A stretch of 57,448 nucleotides of DNA from Luteolibacter sp. (GCA_039933825.1 JBDTNJ010000392.1:1-57448), one strand, 5' to 3'. Counted from the first letter of the stretch, positions 37,612 through 47,935 are shown. Translations and numbers: made by a program. The notes: generated by a model not told the origin, from the sequence alone.

Positions 37612-38840
37612 GATTTCAGGGCCGATTTCAGAAAATCCTCAACTTGGCGTGTGATGGGATCGAGGTCAAATCGTGCCCTCACTTCCTCCAGACCGTTAGC
37701 AGAAATCTTCTTCCTCAGCTCAGCCGATGCGGCGAGCTCCGCGATCCGTGAGGCATAGAGCTCCGGTTGCGCGGCCGCCGCGATCAGGCAGTTCACACCG
37801 TCCCGCGCCAGTTCCGGCTGACCGCCGTCGAGCGAGGTGATCACAGGGAGACCGGACGCCATGGCTTCCAGCGGAGTGAGTGCGAAGGGTTCGCCCCAGT
37901 TGGAGGTGAAAAGCAACGCGTCATACTGCGAGTATAGCTGGCGCATCTCCGCCGCCGGAGCGAGTTTCCGCCTGACGTGGCTGGCAAGTCCGAGCGTTTC
38001 GATCTCACGATCGATCTCAGAGACGTAGGCGGGATCGCCGTGTCCGTAGAGATCGAGTGTTAGATTCACAAGGCCGGAGCGGTGTGCCGCCGCCAACGCC
38101 CTGACTGCGGTGAGCGGATCCTTGTCGTCGGATAGGCGACCCACCCAGAGGAGTTTCTCAAAACGCGTGTGATCCGTCTTGACTGAAAACGCTGACGTTT
38201 CGATGCCGCAATGGATGATAGAAGCATGGCCGACTGGCCAACCTTTCGCCGCAGTGTGGCCGCGCATGAACGCGCTGCAGAAATAGGTATTCCTGAAACG
38301 AAGCTTTTTCGCGGAGAGCGTCGGCGTCAAGCGGTCCAGCCGTTTGCGGATGCCGCTGATTGTTAGAAACTGGCGGAACACGGCGATGGGGGCGGACTTC
38401 GGCGAGTTCCACCAGGACAGCCAGACGTCGCCATCGATGCTTCGAGCGATCCAGTGATCCGAAATGTCATAGACCAAGGGAATCGACGAGCGTTCCAGTC
38501 GGTGGAGGATGGATTTCGAAATCCCGCCCAAGTTCCAGACGTGGATGAGATCCGGTTTAAACTTGTCGATTTCCTCTTGGAGCGCGAGGTGGTTGTGGGC
38601 TTCGAGCGCCCGCACCTGATGGATGGGAAGCCAAGGATGTCCATAGAATCCGTGAACCTGCAGCCGCCGGGCAACGTGCGGCTGTGGAATGTCGGTCCGG
38701 CCGTCAATGCAGTGGCTCGAAGTGAGAATGCGCACGGTGTGACCGCGTTTGGCGAGGCGCTCCATGATGTCGCGGCAGCGGATCTCATAGCCGCCGATCT
38801 CGTGGGGCGGATAGAGATTAGTAATGGCAAGGATTCTCAT
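37608..38840 (-). CDS. Glycosyltransferase family 4
   Basis: NLYPPHEIGGYE, GRLSDDKD, EPFALTPLEAMASG. Confidence 0.9.
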   Translation of the reverse strand: MRILAITNLYPPHEIGGYEIRCRDIMERLAKRGHTVRILTSSHCIDGRTDIPQPHVARRLQVHGFYGHPWLPIHQVRALEAHNHLALQEEIDKFKPDLIHVWNLGGISKSILHRLERSSIPLVYDISDHWIARSIDGDVWLSWWNSPKSAPIAVFRQFLTISGIRKRLDRLTPTLSAKKLRFRNTYFCSAFMRGHTAAKGWPVGHASIIHCGIETSAFSVKTDHTRFEKLLWVGRLSDDKDPLTAVRALAAAHRSGLVNLTLDLYGHGDPAYVSEIDREIETLGLASHVRRKLAPAAEMRQLYSQYDALLFTSNWGEPFALTPLEAMASGLPVITSLDGGQPELARDGVNCLIAAAAQPELYASRIAELAASAELRKKISANGLEEVRARFDLDPITRQVEDFLKSALKS

Positions 38841-38846
38841 GATCAA

Positions 38847-39785
38847 TCAGTTCTTGCTGAGCAGATTCCCCGCGATCGAACGCGCTTGGGTGTAGAGCGC
38901 TTCCGATTGGGCGATAGACCACGCAAGTGGTGTTGACGAACGCTTGAACGACCAAGGGATCGGGGGCACGGGTTTGCGGTTCTCATGCAACCAATCGATG
39001 AGATCGAGCACAGGTTGGTGGCAATACCAGAAGGGTTTGCGCCAGCGTTTCCATGGCTTTGGGTTGGCTCCAAAATGGGCAACGTGGGCCTCGGGGTCAC
39101 GGTTGAGCTGCATTTCACCAATTGGCGGAGCGAGTCGGGAAAAAGCAAGTAGCGAGCTGAAAACGGATTCGTCCGTCATGAAATAGGCCGGCGAGCTACG
39201 GTCAACCACTCCGGCGTGGATTGGCGCGATGACTTTGGCAATCTGGCTTTTCCATTCGCGAATGCAATCGAGATGGCGCCGATGCAGCACAAACGCATTG
39301 GTAACACAGGTCGTGTCGATTCTTGGAGTTTCCAATTGATCGACATCCGCCTGCCAGCGTGCCAGCACGGATTTGGGCAAACCTCCCCGAAGCTCGCCCG
39401 GCGCGTAATGATTGCGCAAGACCCATGCGTTTTCTGACGGTTCGCGCAGGCGGATTTGAAATTCGCCATTGGCTGGGATCAGCAGGGGGCGAATGTCTCC
39501 GACGATCATGCAGTCGGCGTCTAGCCAGGCAATGTATTCCGTTTCAGCCGTAATGATAGCTTCGGACTTCCTGTTGGCCACATTGCGAGGATCGTGATCG
39601 CCTAGCGGAAGTAATCGCACGTCGGGTAGAGCGTCAAAAAACACAGCATCCTCATCGGTGAATCCTATCTGCAAAATATGCACAGGGATTCCTGGAATGT
39701 TTTTAGCGGCACTGGCTGCGAGGAGGAAAGCGCCCCATAGGAAGTTGCGGTCGCAGGCTGAGACGATGGTGATGCCCGGTTGCAT
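38847..39785 (-). CDS. GT-A fold glycosyltransferase-like protein (GT8-like)
   Basis: IVSACD, WLDAD DxD motif, DESVF, HFGANPKPW. Confidence 0.65.
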   Translation of the reverse strand: MQPGITIVSACDRNFLWGAFLLAASAAKNIPGIPVHILQIGFTDEDAVFFDALPDVRLLPLGDHDPRNVANRKSEAIITAETEYIAWLDADCMIVGDIRPLLIPANGEFQIRLREPSENAWVLRNHYAPGELRGGLPKSVLARWQADVDQLETPRIDTTCVTNAFVLHRRHLDCIREWKSQIAKVIAPIHAGVVDRSSPAYFMTDESVFSSLLAFSRLAPPIGEMQLNRDPEAHVAHFGANPKPWKRWRKPFWYCHQPVLDLIDWLHENRKPVPPIPWSFKRSSTPLAWSIAQSEALYTQARSIAGNLLSKN

Positions 39786-39789
39786 AAGT

Positions 39790-40695
39790 TCAGATGTTGG
39801 ATATGGAGCTCGCGGTGTCCCGTTGATAGAATTTCCAGCCGGCATGATAGCCGTCGCGACGACCAAGTCGCTGATAGAGCCGGACGGCGGCGGCGTGCGG
39901 AATGCCGAGGACGTGGTGGTTTTTCAGGCACCACTTGGAATCCCGGACCACATCCTTGATCAGCCCGAGAGCCACGAAGTAGTGATAGTTCACATTGCGT
40001 GGAAGCGTCCCCGACGTGGCCGCCATCGCCTTGGCATCCCCGAACGCACGCTTGTAGGATTGGCGCAACGTGTAGTTGTGGGAATGCATCACCACGGAAT
40101 CAAGCACGTAGATGACGTTCAATCCTTCCCCTGTGATTCGGCGCGTCCACTCGTCGTCTTCGGCGTACTGGAGGTCCTCCCGGATGGGAACCCTGTCGAG
40201 CACGGAGCGGTGGGTGACAGAACTGACCATGCTGAAAAAATGCTCCCAATCCTTCGACTCGCGATCCGGTCCAAAGCAGCGGTCATAGTCATGGGCGAAA
40301 ACCGCCTGACAGTCGGGTCGCGGAATCTGGCGGGAGAACGCGGCTCCGAATTTCGGGTTGTTCACGCAGGGTTTTAACAGATTGGTGAGCCAATCCCTGC
40401 CGACGGGCGTGGCGTCCGCGTTGAGATAGACGATCCAGTCGTGCGATGCCTCGCGCGCTCCCTGATTGAGCACGACGCCAGGAACATAGGTCCCCAGCGG
40501 GATCTGAATGAGCCGCGCACGGCCGAATTTCTCGATGATCTCGATCGAACCGTCGCTGGATCCGGAGTCGATGACGATAAGTTCGATCTCGCCATCGAAA
40601 TCCTGGTTGAAGAGTTGTTGGATCGTATCGCCGATGGTCCATGCCTCGTTGAAGCTGCGCATGACGACGGAGACTGCGTTAGGGAGTGAGTTCAT
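39790..40695 (-). CDS. Glycosyltransferase family 2 (rhamnosyltransferase-like)
   Basis: VSVVMRSFNE, IDSGSSDGS, YLNADA, AEDDEW, HSHNY. Confidence 0.88.
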   Translation of the reverse strand: MNSLPNAVSVVMRSFNEAWTIGDTIQQLFNQDFDGEIELIVIDSGSSDGSIEIIEKFGRARLIQIPLGTYVPGVVLNQGAREASHDWIVYLNADATPVGRDWLTNLLKPCVNNPKFGAAFSRQIPRPDCQAVFAHDYDRCFGPDRESKDWEHFFSMVSSVTHRSVLDRVPIREDLQYAEDDEWTRRITGEGLNVIYVLDSVVMHSHNYTLRQSYKRAFGDAKAMAATSGTLPRNVNYHYFVALGLIKDVVRDSKWCLKNHHVLGIPHAAAVRLYQRLGRRDGYHAGWKFYQRDTASSISNI

Positions 40696-41927
40696 CAGTG
40701 GCTGGCTTCTGCGGGCTGGGATTTTGATATGAGGGTGTCGTAGTGATGGGCGAGCCGCGCCCCGATGGCTGGCCAGCCGAAGCGGGCGCTGGCAGTGGCG
40801 ATGCCGTTTTCCTCGATACGCTGGAGAAGCGCAGGGTCTGATAGAGCTCGTGAAATTTCGCTGGCGAAGGTATCCGGATCATCAGCGAGCAGGATGTTTT
40901 CACCGTGCTTCAGTTCCAGTCCTTGGGCACCAATCGTGGTGGAAACCACGGGTGTGCCGATGGCGAGCGACTCGACGATTTTCAGGCGCGTGCCGCCGCC
41001 GATGCGCAGCGGCACCATCTGCAACCAAGCGCGCTTGTAATAAGGGCGGACGTCCGGCACGCCGCCGGTCACGGTGACGCCAGGCCGCGAGGCGTAGGCC
41101 TGCACTTCTGCGATGGGACTCTTGCCAACGATGAGGATGCGCACATCAGGACGCAACTTGATCAATTTTCCGTGGATGCTTTCAAAGAACCAGCGTAGAG
41201 CATCGACATTCGGGCTGTAGTCCATCGCACCGCAAAAGATCACCGTGGGCTCGGCCGCGCGCGGGTCGGGCGCGGAGGCCGGATGGAAGTAGTCGAGATC
41301 GACACCATTCGCCACGACCAACACCGGTGCTTTGGAGCCCACCCGTTGATGGAGAAACACCTCGTCATCGGGACCACAGACAACTTCCAACAGTGCCTCG
41401 CGGGCGAGTTTCCTCTCATAACACCAGAGTTTTGCAAAACCCTCCCAACACAACAGGCGCTCGCGGGTGGAAGTGCGCAGCGTTTTGTATTGCATGAGTT
41501 GGAACTGCAAGTCCACGCGGCTACGGTCCACCACGAAGGGCGTGTGTGACTTGTGTGGCAGCACATACGGCATCATGACAAGATCGCAGATATGCACTAA
41601 ATCATAACGTCCGGGCTTCAGGCGGCGGTTGATCACTTCGGAAATCGCAGGACTTTGCCAGTGTTGCACGTTGCTGGGTAGCGGATTGAGCAGACGTTGC
41701 GGAAAGAGTTTCTGCCACGGCGGATGGGCGAAGGGGATGAACTCAACCTCGTTGCAGAACCCGGAAAAAATGGCACGCTTCTCCTCAAGGTCATCCTGCT
41801 CTTCCGTTAGTGCCACGAAGTCCACCTCGTGGTGCGACGCCAAGGCCTTGAGCAAATGAAACGTCCGCTGATAGGTCCCGCGGTCAAGCGGCCATGGCGC
41901 ATACGGATAGATGACAAGAAGTTTCAT
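40695..41927 (-). CDS. Glycosyltransferase family 4
   Basis: PWPLDRGTYQR, NGVD, GAMDYSPNVDA, PLRIGGGTRLKIVES. Confidence 0.9.
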   Translation of the reverse strand: MKLLVIYPYAPWPLDRGTYQRTFHLLKALASHHEVDFVALTEEQDDLEEKRAIFSGFCNEVEFIPFAHPPWQKLFPQRLLNPLPSNVQHWQSPAISEVINRRLKPGRYDLVHICDLVMMPYVLPHKSHTPFVVDRSRVDLQFQLMQYKTLRTSTRERLLCWEGFAKLWCYERKLAREALLEVVCGPDDEVFLHQRVGSKAPVLVVANGVDLDYFHPASAPDPRAAEPTVIFCGAMDYSPNVDALRWFFESIHGKLIKLRPDVRILIVGKSPIAEVQAYASRPGVTVTGGVPDVRPYYKRAWLQMVPLRIGGGTRLKIVESLAIGTPVVSTTIGAQGLELKHGENILLADDPDTFASEISRALSDPALLQRIEENGIATASARFGWPAIGARLAHHYDTLISKSQPAEASH

Positions 41928-41932
41928 GAAGT

Positions 41933-43069
41933 TCAATTAAATCGATGCCAGAGTCTTTCGTAGGCGGCGATGGCTTCCTGCCGGTTGGTGACGGGCGAGA
42001 CGAGTTGTTTTGAGAGCCATGCGGTGTTGGCGGGGACGAGTTCCGGTGCCCATAACAGCAGCGACAAAGAATTGAGAAGTCCCTCGCGCGGGTAGCGGAA
42101 TGCCAGGGCTCCGAGCGGGCCTTTCGCGCCGAATGCGCGGAGTCGGATCAGCGAGTTTTTCAGGGCGGACGTTTCAGGACATTTGTTTCCGCCATGGGCA
42201 TACTCAGCGGGAGTGGCCGTGGAAATACCGAGCCGCTTCCGCTCCTGCCACAACCACACGGCCCAGGCTACTTTGGTGACGGCCTGGTGCAGCGCCTGCA
42301 ATTCATCGCGCGTCGAGGTGCCGGGACAGGGACGCAGTTTGAAGGCGACGCCGTCCTTGTGGAATTCCAGCAACTCGGCCATCGGCAAGGACGGATCGTT
42401 GATAGAGGCAAGCAATTTATGCCGCTCAAGGCAGCTCCAGTGGTATTTTCCCAGCGCAGTTAGAATGACATCGCCAAGTGCGAGCTGGGCCTTGGCGATG
42501 TTGCGCGCGGTGAAATCCAGGTCCTCCCGCGTGAACTCGCTGCGGGCCAAACGCTCCGCTGCGAACAAGAGGCTGGAGCAGCGGTTCATCATCAACCGGG
42601 TAGCCTCGTGAGATGGGATGCGCACGGATTCGGCATGGTGGGAGCAAGCTTCCAGCACGGACACCGGGCCGGCGGTGACGCGGTGGCCGCAAACGAGATC
42701 ATAGTAGAACATCGTCGTCGGGCTGGACATGAGTTTCTCCAATGACAGGATTTTGAACTCCACATCAATGCCGATCTTTTCGGTCATCCGATGTTCCAAT
42801 GCATGGATGGCAGCGCCGTAGCGTCGCTCGTTCAGGCGCGGATGGCCGCGGATGAGCAGGAAAAACTCAAGATCGTTGTAGGGCGCGTCTCCATCCGGAG
42901 TGGCAAGCACGCCGCCCTCGCCACGACCGTAGCCACCACCTAACAACAATGCTTGGAACTGGTCCGCTGGGACGATGCGGGTGACGTCGCGGCCGATTTC
43001 GTCACAGGTTTTTGCGATCAGCGATTCCAACGAATCGCTGCCATCTCGGGTAAATCTTGGAACGCTCAC
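41933..43069 (-). CDS. Pol-beta-superfamily nucleotidyltransferase-like protein
   Basis: LLGGGYGRGEGG...PYNDLEF, later IDVEF, followed by a helical domain; GTG start overlapping the upstream stop. Confidence 0.65.
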   Translation of the reverse strand: MSVPRFTRDGSDSLESLIAKTCDEIGRDVTRIVPADQFQALLLGGGYGRGEGGVLATPDGDAPYNDLEFFLLIRGHPRLNERRYGAAIHALEHRMTEKIGIDVEFKILSLEKLMSSPTTMFYYDLVCGHRVTAGPVSVLEACSHHAESVRIPSHEATRLMMNRCSSLLFAAERLARSEFTREDLDFTARNIAKAQLALGDVILTALGKYHWSCLERHKLLASINDPSLPMAELLEFHKDGVAFKLRPCPGTSTRDELQALHQAVTKVAWAVWLWQERKRLGISTATPAEYAHGGNKCPETSALKNSLIRLRAFGAKGPLGALAFRYPREGLLNSLSLLLWAPELVPANTAWLSKQLVSPVTNRQEAIAAYERLWHRFN

Positions 43070-44355
43070 GAGCCCCCCTTTCTGCCGGTGTGGTGCCAGC
43101 GGCGGGCCGCACTGTCCTCCGCGAGTTGATAGATCTCCTCAAGTTGGGCACCGATGCGGGTCCAGTCGTAATGCGCGGCCGCTTCGGTACGGCCGGCCTC
43201 CCCCACCCTTTCGCGCAGCGCCGGATCGTTGTGCAAAGTCGCGAGATGGGCGGCGAGTTGCACGGCGGCATCCGGCGAATCGGGATCGAAAAAGAACCCG
43301 GTCTCACCATCGCGGACGAGCGCCTGCAAGCCACCGACCCGGCTGACGACGACTGCCCGGCCGGCGCACCAAGCCTCTAACACCACAATACCAAAGGGTT
43401 CGTGCCGCGAGGAAAGCACGAAGGCATCCGCCGCGTGATAGGCGTCGATGAGCAGGCCGCTTTCGTTGCTAATCCCGGGAATGATTGTTGCAGACTCACC
43501 GAGATGATTCGCAGCGATGAACGCGCGCAGTTTATCCCCGTAGGCAGGCTGGGTTTCCGGGCCAATCATCACCAAGCGCGCACCAGGTGTCGCGACATGG
43601 AAACGGGCGAAGGCTTCGAGCAGGCCGAGTTGGTTTTTCTGCGAATCAATGCGGCTGATATTGACGATCAGAAACGCATCCGCCGCGATCCCGAAATGCT
43701 CGCGGAAACGGCGTCCCTCGCCGGTGGTGAAACGCTGGCAGTCCACGCCGTTCGGCAGATAACTGACGCGATCGTGGGGCAGCGAGGCTTTTGCCTTTTG
43801 CGCTTCGCTGTCGCCCACACAGATCACATGGTCGGCGTCATCCAACACCTTGCGGGCACCAAGCAGCGCGCCGAAGGGCTTGCCCCACTCGACCTTGCCC
43901 TGGATTGGCCTCGTTAGATCGTTGAGTTCCGCCGCGGGCACGTCGAAGATCCCGCCGTGGAGAGAGACGACGTAGGGTTTCTTCCGCCAGCGGGCGGCGG
44001 TGCGGACCGAGCCGCCGAGGCGCTTGAGCGCGTGGGCGTGATAGAGGCGGACGTCCGGCACGCGGATCAGCGCGCGCAGCAGTGATAGAGAAAGAAGGTT
44101 GCCGCCTTTTTTGTCCATGGCCGCGCGGTCGGCGGCACTGAGGCCGAAAAACGGATAGAGATGCGGATAACGGTCCACCGGAATTCCGGCGATCTCGTCA
44201 TGGTCCCGGTCCGCCAGAGCCATGGAGGTAATAATGCGGGGATTGAGACCGGCGGCACGCTGCTGCTTGGAAATTTCGAGCACGACGGTCTCGGTGCCGC
44301 CCCATTCGTCGGCGACGAAACGCCTGGGCACATGGATGATACTGCAGGCGCTCAT
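43066..44355 (-). CDS. Glycosyltransferase family 4
   Basis: WGGTE, PNGVD, SRIDSQKNQ, SRHEPFGIVVLEAW. Confidence 0.9.
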   Translation of the reverse strand: MSACSIIHVPRRFVADEWGGTETVVLEISKQQRAAGLNPRIITSMALADRDHDEIAGIPVDRYPHLYPFFGLSAADRAAMDKKGGNLLSLSLLRALIRVPDVRLYHAHALKRLGGSVRTAARWRKKPYVVSLHGGIFDVPAAELNDLTRPIQGKVEWGKPFGALLGARKVLDDADHVICVGDSEAQKAKASLPHDRVSYLPNGVDCQRFTTGEGRRFREHFGIAADAFLIVNISRIDSQKNQLGLLEAFARFHVATPGARLVMIGPETQPAYGDKLRAFIAANHLGESATIIPGISNESGLLIDAYHAADAFVLSSRHEPFGIVVLEAWCAGRAVVVSRVGGLQALVRDGETGFFFDPDSPDAAVQLAAHLATLHNDPALRERVGEAGRTEAAAHYDWTRIGAQLEEIYQLAEDSAARRWHHTGRKGGS

Positions 44356-45521
44356 GGCTTTTTATTCGCGGCCGCGTGGTGATGAACGGCACGCTCCATC
44401 AGTTGGAAAATATGCGGAATGTGGGTCACCTCCGCAGGCACTTCATCGTGACTGCTGAAGAGAGTGGCATAACTCTGCGGGTCGGTGGGGTGGTAGCCGT
44501 GCATCGCGCGGATCGGGCGCTCGCCCATGTGACTGGGGACGATAAGGGTTCCTTCCTCGGCGAGCCAGATGAGCTCGCCGAAGGATTGGTCCTCGAACCA
44601 GGCGCGGTAGTGGCGGAGTTCTTCTTCAGGCAGGATGCGGCCCTCCGGGACTTTATTGAGAACCTCGGTGACACGCTCCCTAACTCCCGGCTTGAGAAAC
44701 CAGAAGCGGGCCATCGTGCTATCGTAAACAACTGCGTAGTCCTTGCCCATTTCCAGCCCGAGCGGATCGATCTTCGCGCGCAGATCGATGTGAACATCGC
44801 AGTTCGCCATGCCGTGATCGCTGAAAACATGAAGCCGCACCTCGCGATAGTTTTTTTCCGCGGCCTCCACGACCTGGGTGATCCAGCGGTCGTAGTGATC
44901 GAGCTTTTTCGGGATTTCCGGCGAGTCGTTGCCCGCCATGTGGAGCAGTCCGTCAAGGCCAGCCCAGTATTGGAATGCGAAGTCGATGCGCTGGCTGCCG
45001 ATGTCCTCTAACAATCCGCGCAGGTGTTCCTCTTCCGGCTGTGAGGGATCGGTGACGAAATAGGGCACCTTCTTTTCCTCCAGTAGATCGAAGATGTTAG
45101 GCCCGCGGTTCATGCCCTTGGGTTTGAGCGGGCTTTTCTTTTCGGTGAAATCGAAGAGATGGATGTATTTGAACGGGATGTTGTAGAGATCGAAGTAACC
45201 GCGGAATTTCAGCTGCACCTTGACGAATTTCGTGAGCCAGCGGCGGAAGATCCGGCGGCTGGTGACGGCGGTGGGCAGCCAGCGGAGCCAGCGCAATGAG
45301 CGGAAGGGCGATTCCGCAGGGTTGTAAACGAAGTAACACCAGTTGTGATGCTCGTCCGGCCAACGTCCTGATAGAATGGAAGGCACACAGGTCGAGCTGT
45401 AGCCGAACACGCTCTCTAGCTTGCGGCGGTGCGGCGCGACTTTTTCGAGGAAGGGATGGTTTTTCACGATCTCCCACCCGCAGGCATCGATCATGATAAA
45501 GAGTGACAGGCGGTCTTTCAT
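44352..45521 (-). CDS. Alkaline phosphatase superfamily (nucleotide pyrophosphatase/phosphodiesterase-like) protein
   Basis: IDACG, FGYSSTCVPSILSG, LDGLLH, SDHGM, MHGY metal ligands; start MKDRLS overlaps the upstream stop (ATGA). Confidence 0.82.
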   Translation of the reverse strand: MKDRLSLFIMIDACGWEIVKNHPFLEKVAPHRRKLESVFGYSSTCVPSILSGRWPDEHHNWCYFVYNPAESPFRSLRWLRWLPTAVTSRRIFRRWLTKFVKVQLKFRGYFDLYNIPFKYIHLFDFTEKKSPLKPKGMNRGPNIFDLLEEKKVPYFVTDPSQPEEEHLRGLLEDIGSQRIDFAFQYWAGLDGLLHMAGNDSPEIPKKLDHYDRWITQVVEAAEKNYREVRLHVFSDHGMANCDVHIDLRAKIDPLGLEMGKDYAVVYDSTMARFWFLKPGVRERVTEVLNKVPEGRILPEEELRHYRAWFEDQSFGELIWLAEEGTLIVPSHMGERPIRAMHGYHPTDPQSYATLFSSHDEVPAEVTHIPHIFQLMERAVHHHAAANKKP

Positions 45522-45889
45522 GCTTGTGTTGGGGTGAAACTGGCAATGGTGGCAAGGAGCTCGGTCGGACTGAACGGCTTCGTTAGAAAGGCCGAGGCTC
45601 CGCTTTCCTCCGCCTGCTGCCGGGTGAGGTTCTGGCCGCGGGCGGTGAGCATGATGACGGGGATGCCGGCGGTGGCAGGATCCGCCTTGAGTGCGGAAAG
45701 CACGTCCAAGCCATCCATCCCCGGCATGATGATGTCGAGAACGACCGCATCGGGCCTCTGGGACTGGACTGCGGCGAGCGCGGTGTCCCCGGCGGCGCAG
45801 GAAGTCCAAGTATGACCGGCCTTGCGCAGAGTCATCTCTAGCAGGCGGAGCATGTGCGGTGAATCTTCGGCAATGACAAGGCGGGACAT
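45518..45889 (-). CDS. Single-domain response regulator
   Basis: IAEDS, VLDIIMPGMDG, MLTARG, FLTKPF. Confidence 0.92.
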   Translation of the reverse strand: MSRLVIAEDSPHMLRLLEMTLRKAGHTWTSCAAGDTALAAVQSQRPDAVVLDIIMPGMDGLDVLSALKADPATAGIPVIMLTARGQNLTRQQAEESGASAFLTKPFSPTELLATIASFTPTQA

Positions 45890-45911
45890 GATAGGGTGCG
45901 GAGAAAGGAAT

Positions 45912-47612
45912 TCAGTCGAAGCTGATCAGAAGAAATGTCTGATCGTCCGCGAGGGTGTTGGGATCGGTACTGTGGCCGAGGGTTTCAAGAAGAGCTGATT
46001 TGAGGGAGCTGATAGACGAACCCGACGCAGATGCGGCCGCGAACCAATCGGCGACGTCCGACTGGGTTTCAAAGCTAGGGCGCTGATTCCGCGGATCGAC
46101 GAGTCCGTCCGTATAACCGAGGATCCTCATCCCTAGCTGTATGGGGATTTCGTATTCGGTGAACACTGGATTCGTCTCCAGGCCGATCGGCGGTCGTTCC
46201 GGGCTAACCTCGGTGAATGTCCCTCCTGGCTGACAGATGACCACCGGACAGTGTCCGGCGTTGGCCACGCGGATCACTCCTTCCGGCACATCGACGATGC
46301 CGACCGCAATGGTCACGAATATTTCCAGCTTATCGAGATCGTCGTGCATCTGAAGCGCCACCCGCTCTAATAAACGTGCAGGATACTGATAGAGATGACT
46401 GAACGCGCGCACGGTGGACCGCGTGACCGCAGCGATCATACTGGCGGCGACACCTTTTCCCATGACGTCCGCGATCACGAAAAAGTAGCCGTTTATTCCG
46501 CAGGGGATGAGGTCGTAGAAATCGCCGCCGATGGAGAGTGCGCTCTCGCAATGTCCGGTGACGCTGACGCCGGCGATGTCCGGCATGGGAGGCGGCAGCA
46601 GCGACTGCTGGATCGCGGCGGCAAGCTCGAACTCGCGGCGGGCCAGACTGGAGCGGATGGACTCCTCCTCATGGCGGCGGCTGAGCATCTGCTGCGCGAG
46701 AAACTCGGAGAAGGTGTGGACGACGTTTACCTCGCCGGCATTGAATGGCTGCGCCGAGTCATGCCTGCCGAGTGAAAGCACACCCATCAATTCATCGTCA
46801 TGATAGAAAGGATGCACCAGTCCCGACAAAGCGCCGGGATCCGCATCGGAGGCCTCGATCCATTGATCCTGGCGGGAGCCCACCGCAGCGGCTTCCAGCG
46901 GCATGGGGCTTTCGTCCACGGGGCATGCTGGCGGCGCTTCACAGCCATCAGTCGCCAGCGTAATGAGCTTGTTCTGGGAGACGACCCTCAACATGCCGCG
47001 GTCTGACGCGGTGATGGTGCCCAGGTGGTGAAGCAGGCTAGCGGCGAAATCCTCGAGGTTTGTTGTCCGGCGGGCTTCGGCGGTGAAGCGGAAAATGGCA
47101 GAGAGGCTCTCGTAGCAGGAAGCCAGTTCTTCGGTCATGGCGTCGAGCGTGGCTTCCAAGTCCTCGGCGGGTGCGGCGGGCGTGTGGCGACGTTCCAACG
47201 TGAGGATGTTTCCGCCCGGATGGTGCTCTTGTTTTCTGAAATCAGTGAGCGTGTGGATCAGGAATATCCCCCGGCCTGATTCAGCGTCATCATCCGGCAG
47301 TTGCGGGTCTTCCGGCCAATCGAATCCCTCATTGCCGTCGTGGATTTTTGCGATCACACGGTCCGGAGCGAATAACAGCCGCAACTGCCAAGATTGACGG
47401 GGCACATCACCGACGCTGTGGATCACGCAGTTGTTCCCCGCCTCAGTTAGAATCAATTCCCATGCGGCGAGCTCCGCTTCCGGCAGACCAAGAGCCGCTA
47501 GAAATCCCCTCGCCCCTGTGGAGGCCTCTCGCACCGCGACGAGCGTGCAAGGACCTGACCACTGCCATGCATGACCGGTGGCCTCGGGACGAATTGGAGC
47601 TTGGGAATCCAT
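45912..47612 (-). CDS. RsbW-like kinase - GAF - SpoIIE/PP2C phosphatase fusion; start 47612 or 47639
   Basis: TEAGNNCVIH, DGNEGFD, ESGRGIFLI; then GGDFYD, IADVMGKG, NAGH, YTDGL, DDQT. Confidence 0.88.
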   Translation of the reverse strand: MDSQAPIRPEATGHAWQWSGPCTLVAVREASTGARGFLAALGLPEAELAAWELILTEAGNNCVIHSVGDVPRQSWQLRLLFAPDRVIAKIHDGNEGFDWPEDPQLPDDDAESGRGIFLIHTLTDFRKQEHHPGGNILTLERRHTPAAPAEDLEATLDAMTEELASCYESLSAIFRFTAEARRTTNLEDFAASLLHHLGTITASDRGMLRVVSQNKLITLATDGCEAPPACPVDESPMPLEAAAVGSRQDQWIEASDADPGALSGLVHPFYHDDELMGVLSLGRHDSAQPFNAGEVNVVHTFSEFLAQQMLSRRHEEESIRSSLARREFELAAAIQQSLLPPPMPDIAGVSVTGHCESALSIGGDFYDLIPCGINGYFFVIADVMGKGVAASMIAAVTRSTVRAFSHLYQYPARLLERVALQMHDDLDKLEIFVTIAVGIVDVPEGVIRVANAGHCPVVICQPGGTFTEVSPERPPIGLETNPVFTEYEIPIQLGMRILGYTDGLVDPRNQRPSFETQSDVADWFAAASASGSSISSLKSALLETLGHSTDPNTLADDQTFLLISFD

Positions 47613-47622
47613 GAAATGGGGA

Positions 47623-47922
47623 TCAGGCGACAATTTCAAAAACGCGGTGAAGTCGGGTGAGTTCCAGCACCTGGACTACGGTTGGTTTCGGTGCGAGAAG
47701 GCGCAGCTTGCCGCCGCGTTCGTTGGCAAGCTTCTGCATGGAAATGAGTGCGCCGAGGCCGCTGGAATCAACGAAATCCAGAGTGGAGCAGTCGAAGTCG
47801 ATATTCATGAGTCCGTCCTCGAAATCCAGACGGACACGGTTCTTGATTTCCGGCGCGGTGCCGGCGGTCAGCTCGCGAATGGCGGAAACATGCAGTGTGG
47901 TGTCTTTGGGTTCGGTGTTCAT
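47623..47922 (-). CDS. STAS-domain anti-sigma factor antagonist (RsbV/SpoIIAA-like)
   Basis: DCSTLDFVDSSGLGAL, VLELTRLHRVF. Confidence 0.92.
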   Translation of the reverse strand: MNTEPKDTTLHVSAIRELTAGTAPEIKNRVRLDFEDGLMNIDFDCSTLDFVDSSGLGALISMQKLANERGGKLRLLAPKPTVVQVLELTRLHRVFEIVA

Positions 47923-47935
47923 GTGGATCTATTTG

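Noticed and set aside
36826-37758. 310-aa plus-strand ORF (likewise 52018-52944 minus and other long antisense ORFs)
   Set aside because: Shadow frames opposite clear glycosyltransferase genes, as expected in GC-rich DNA
45522-45809. N-terminal extension of the phosphodiesterase ORF
   Set aside because: Overlaps the response regulator in another frame; the ATGA-coupled start at 45521 fits better
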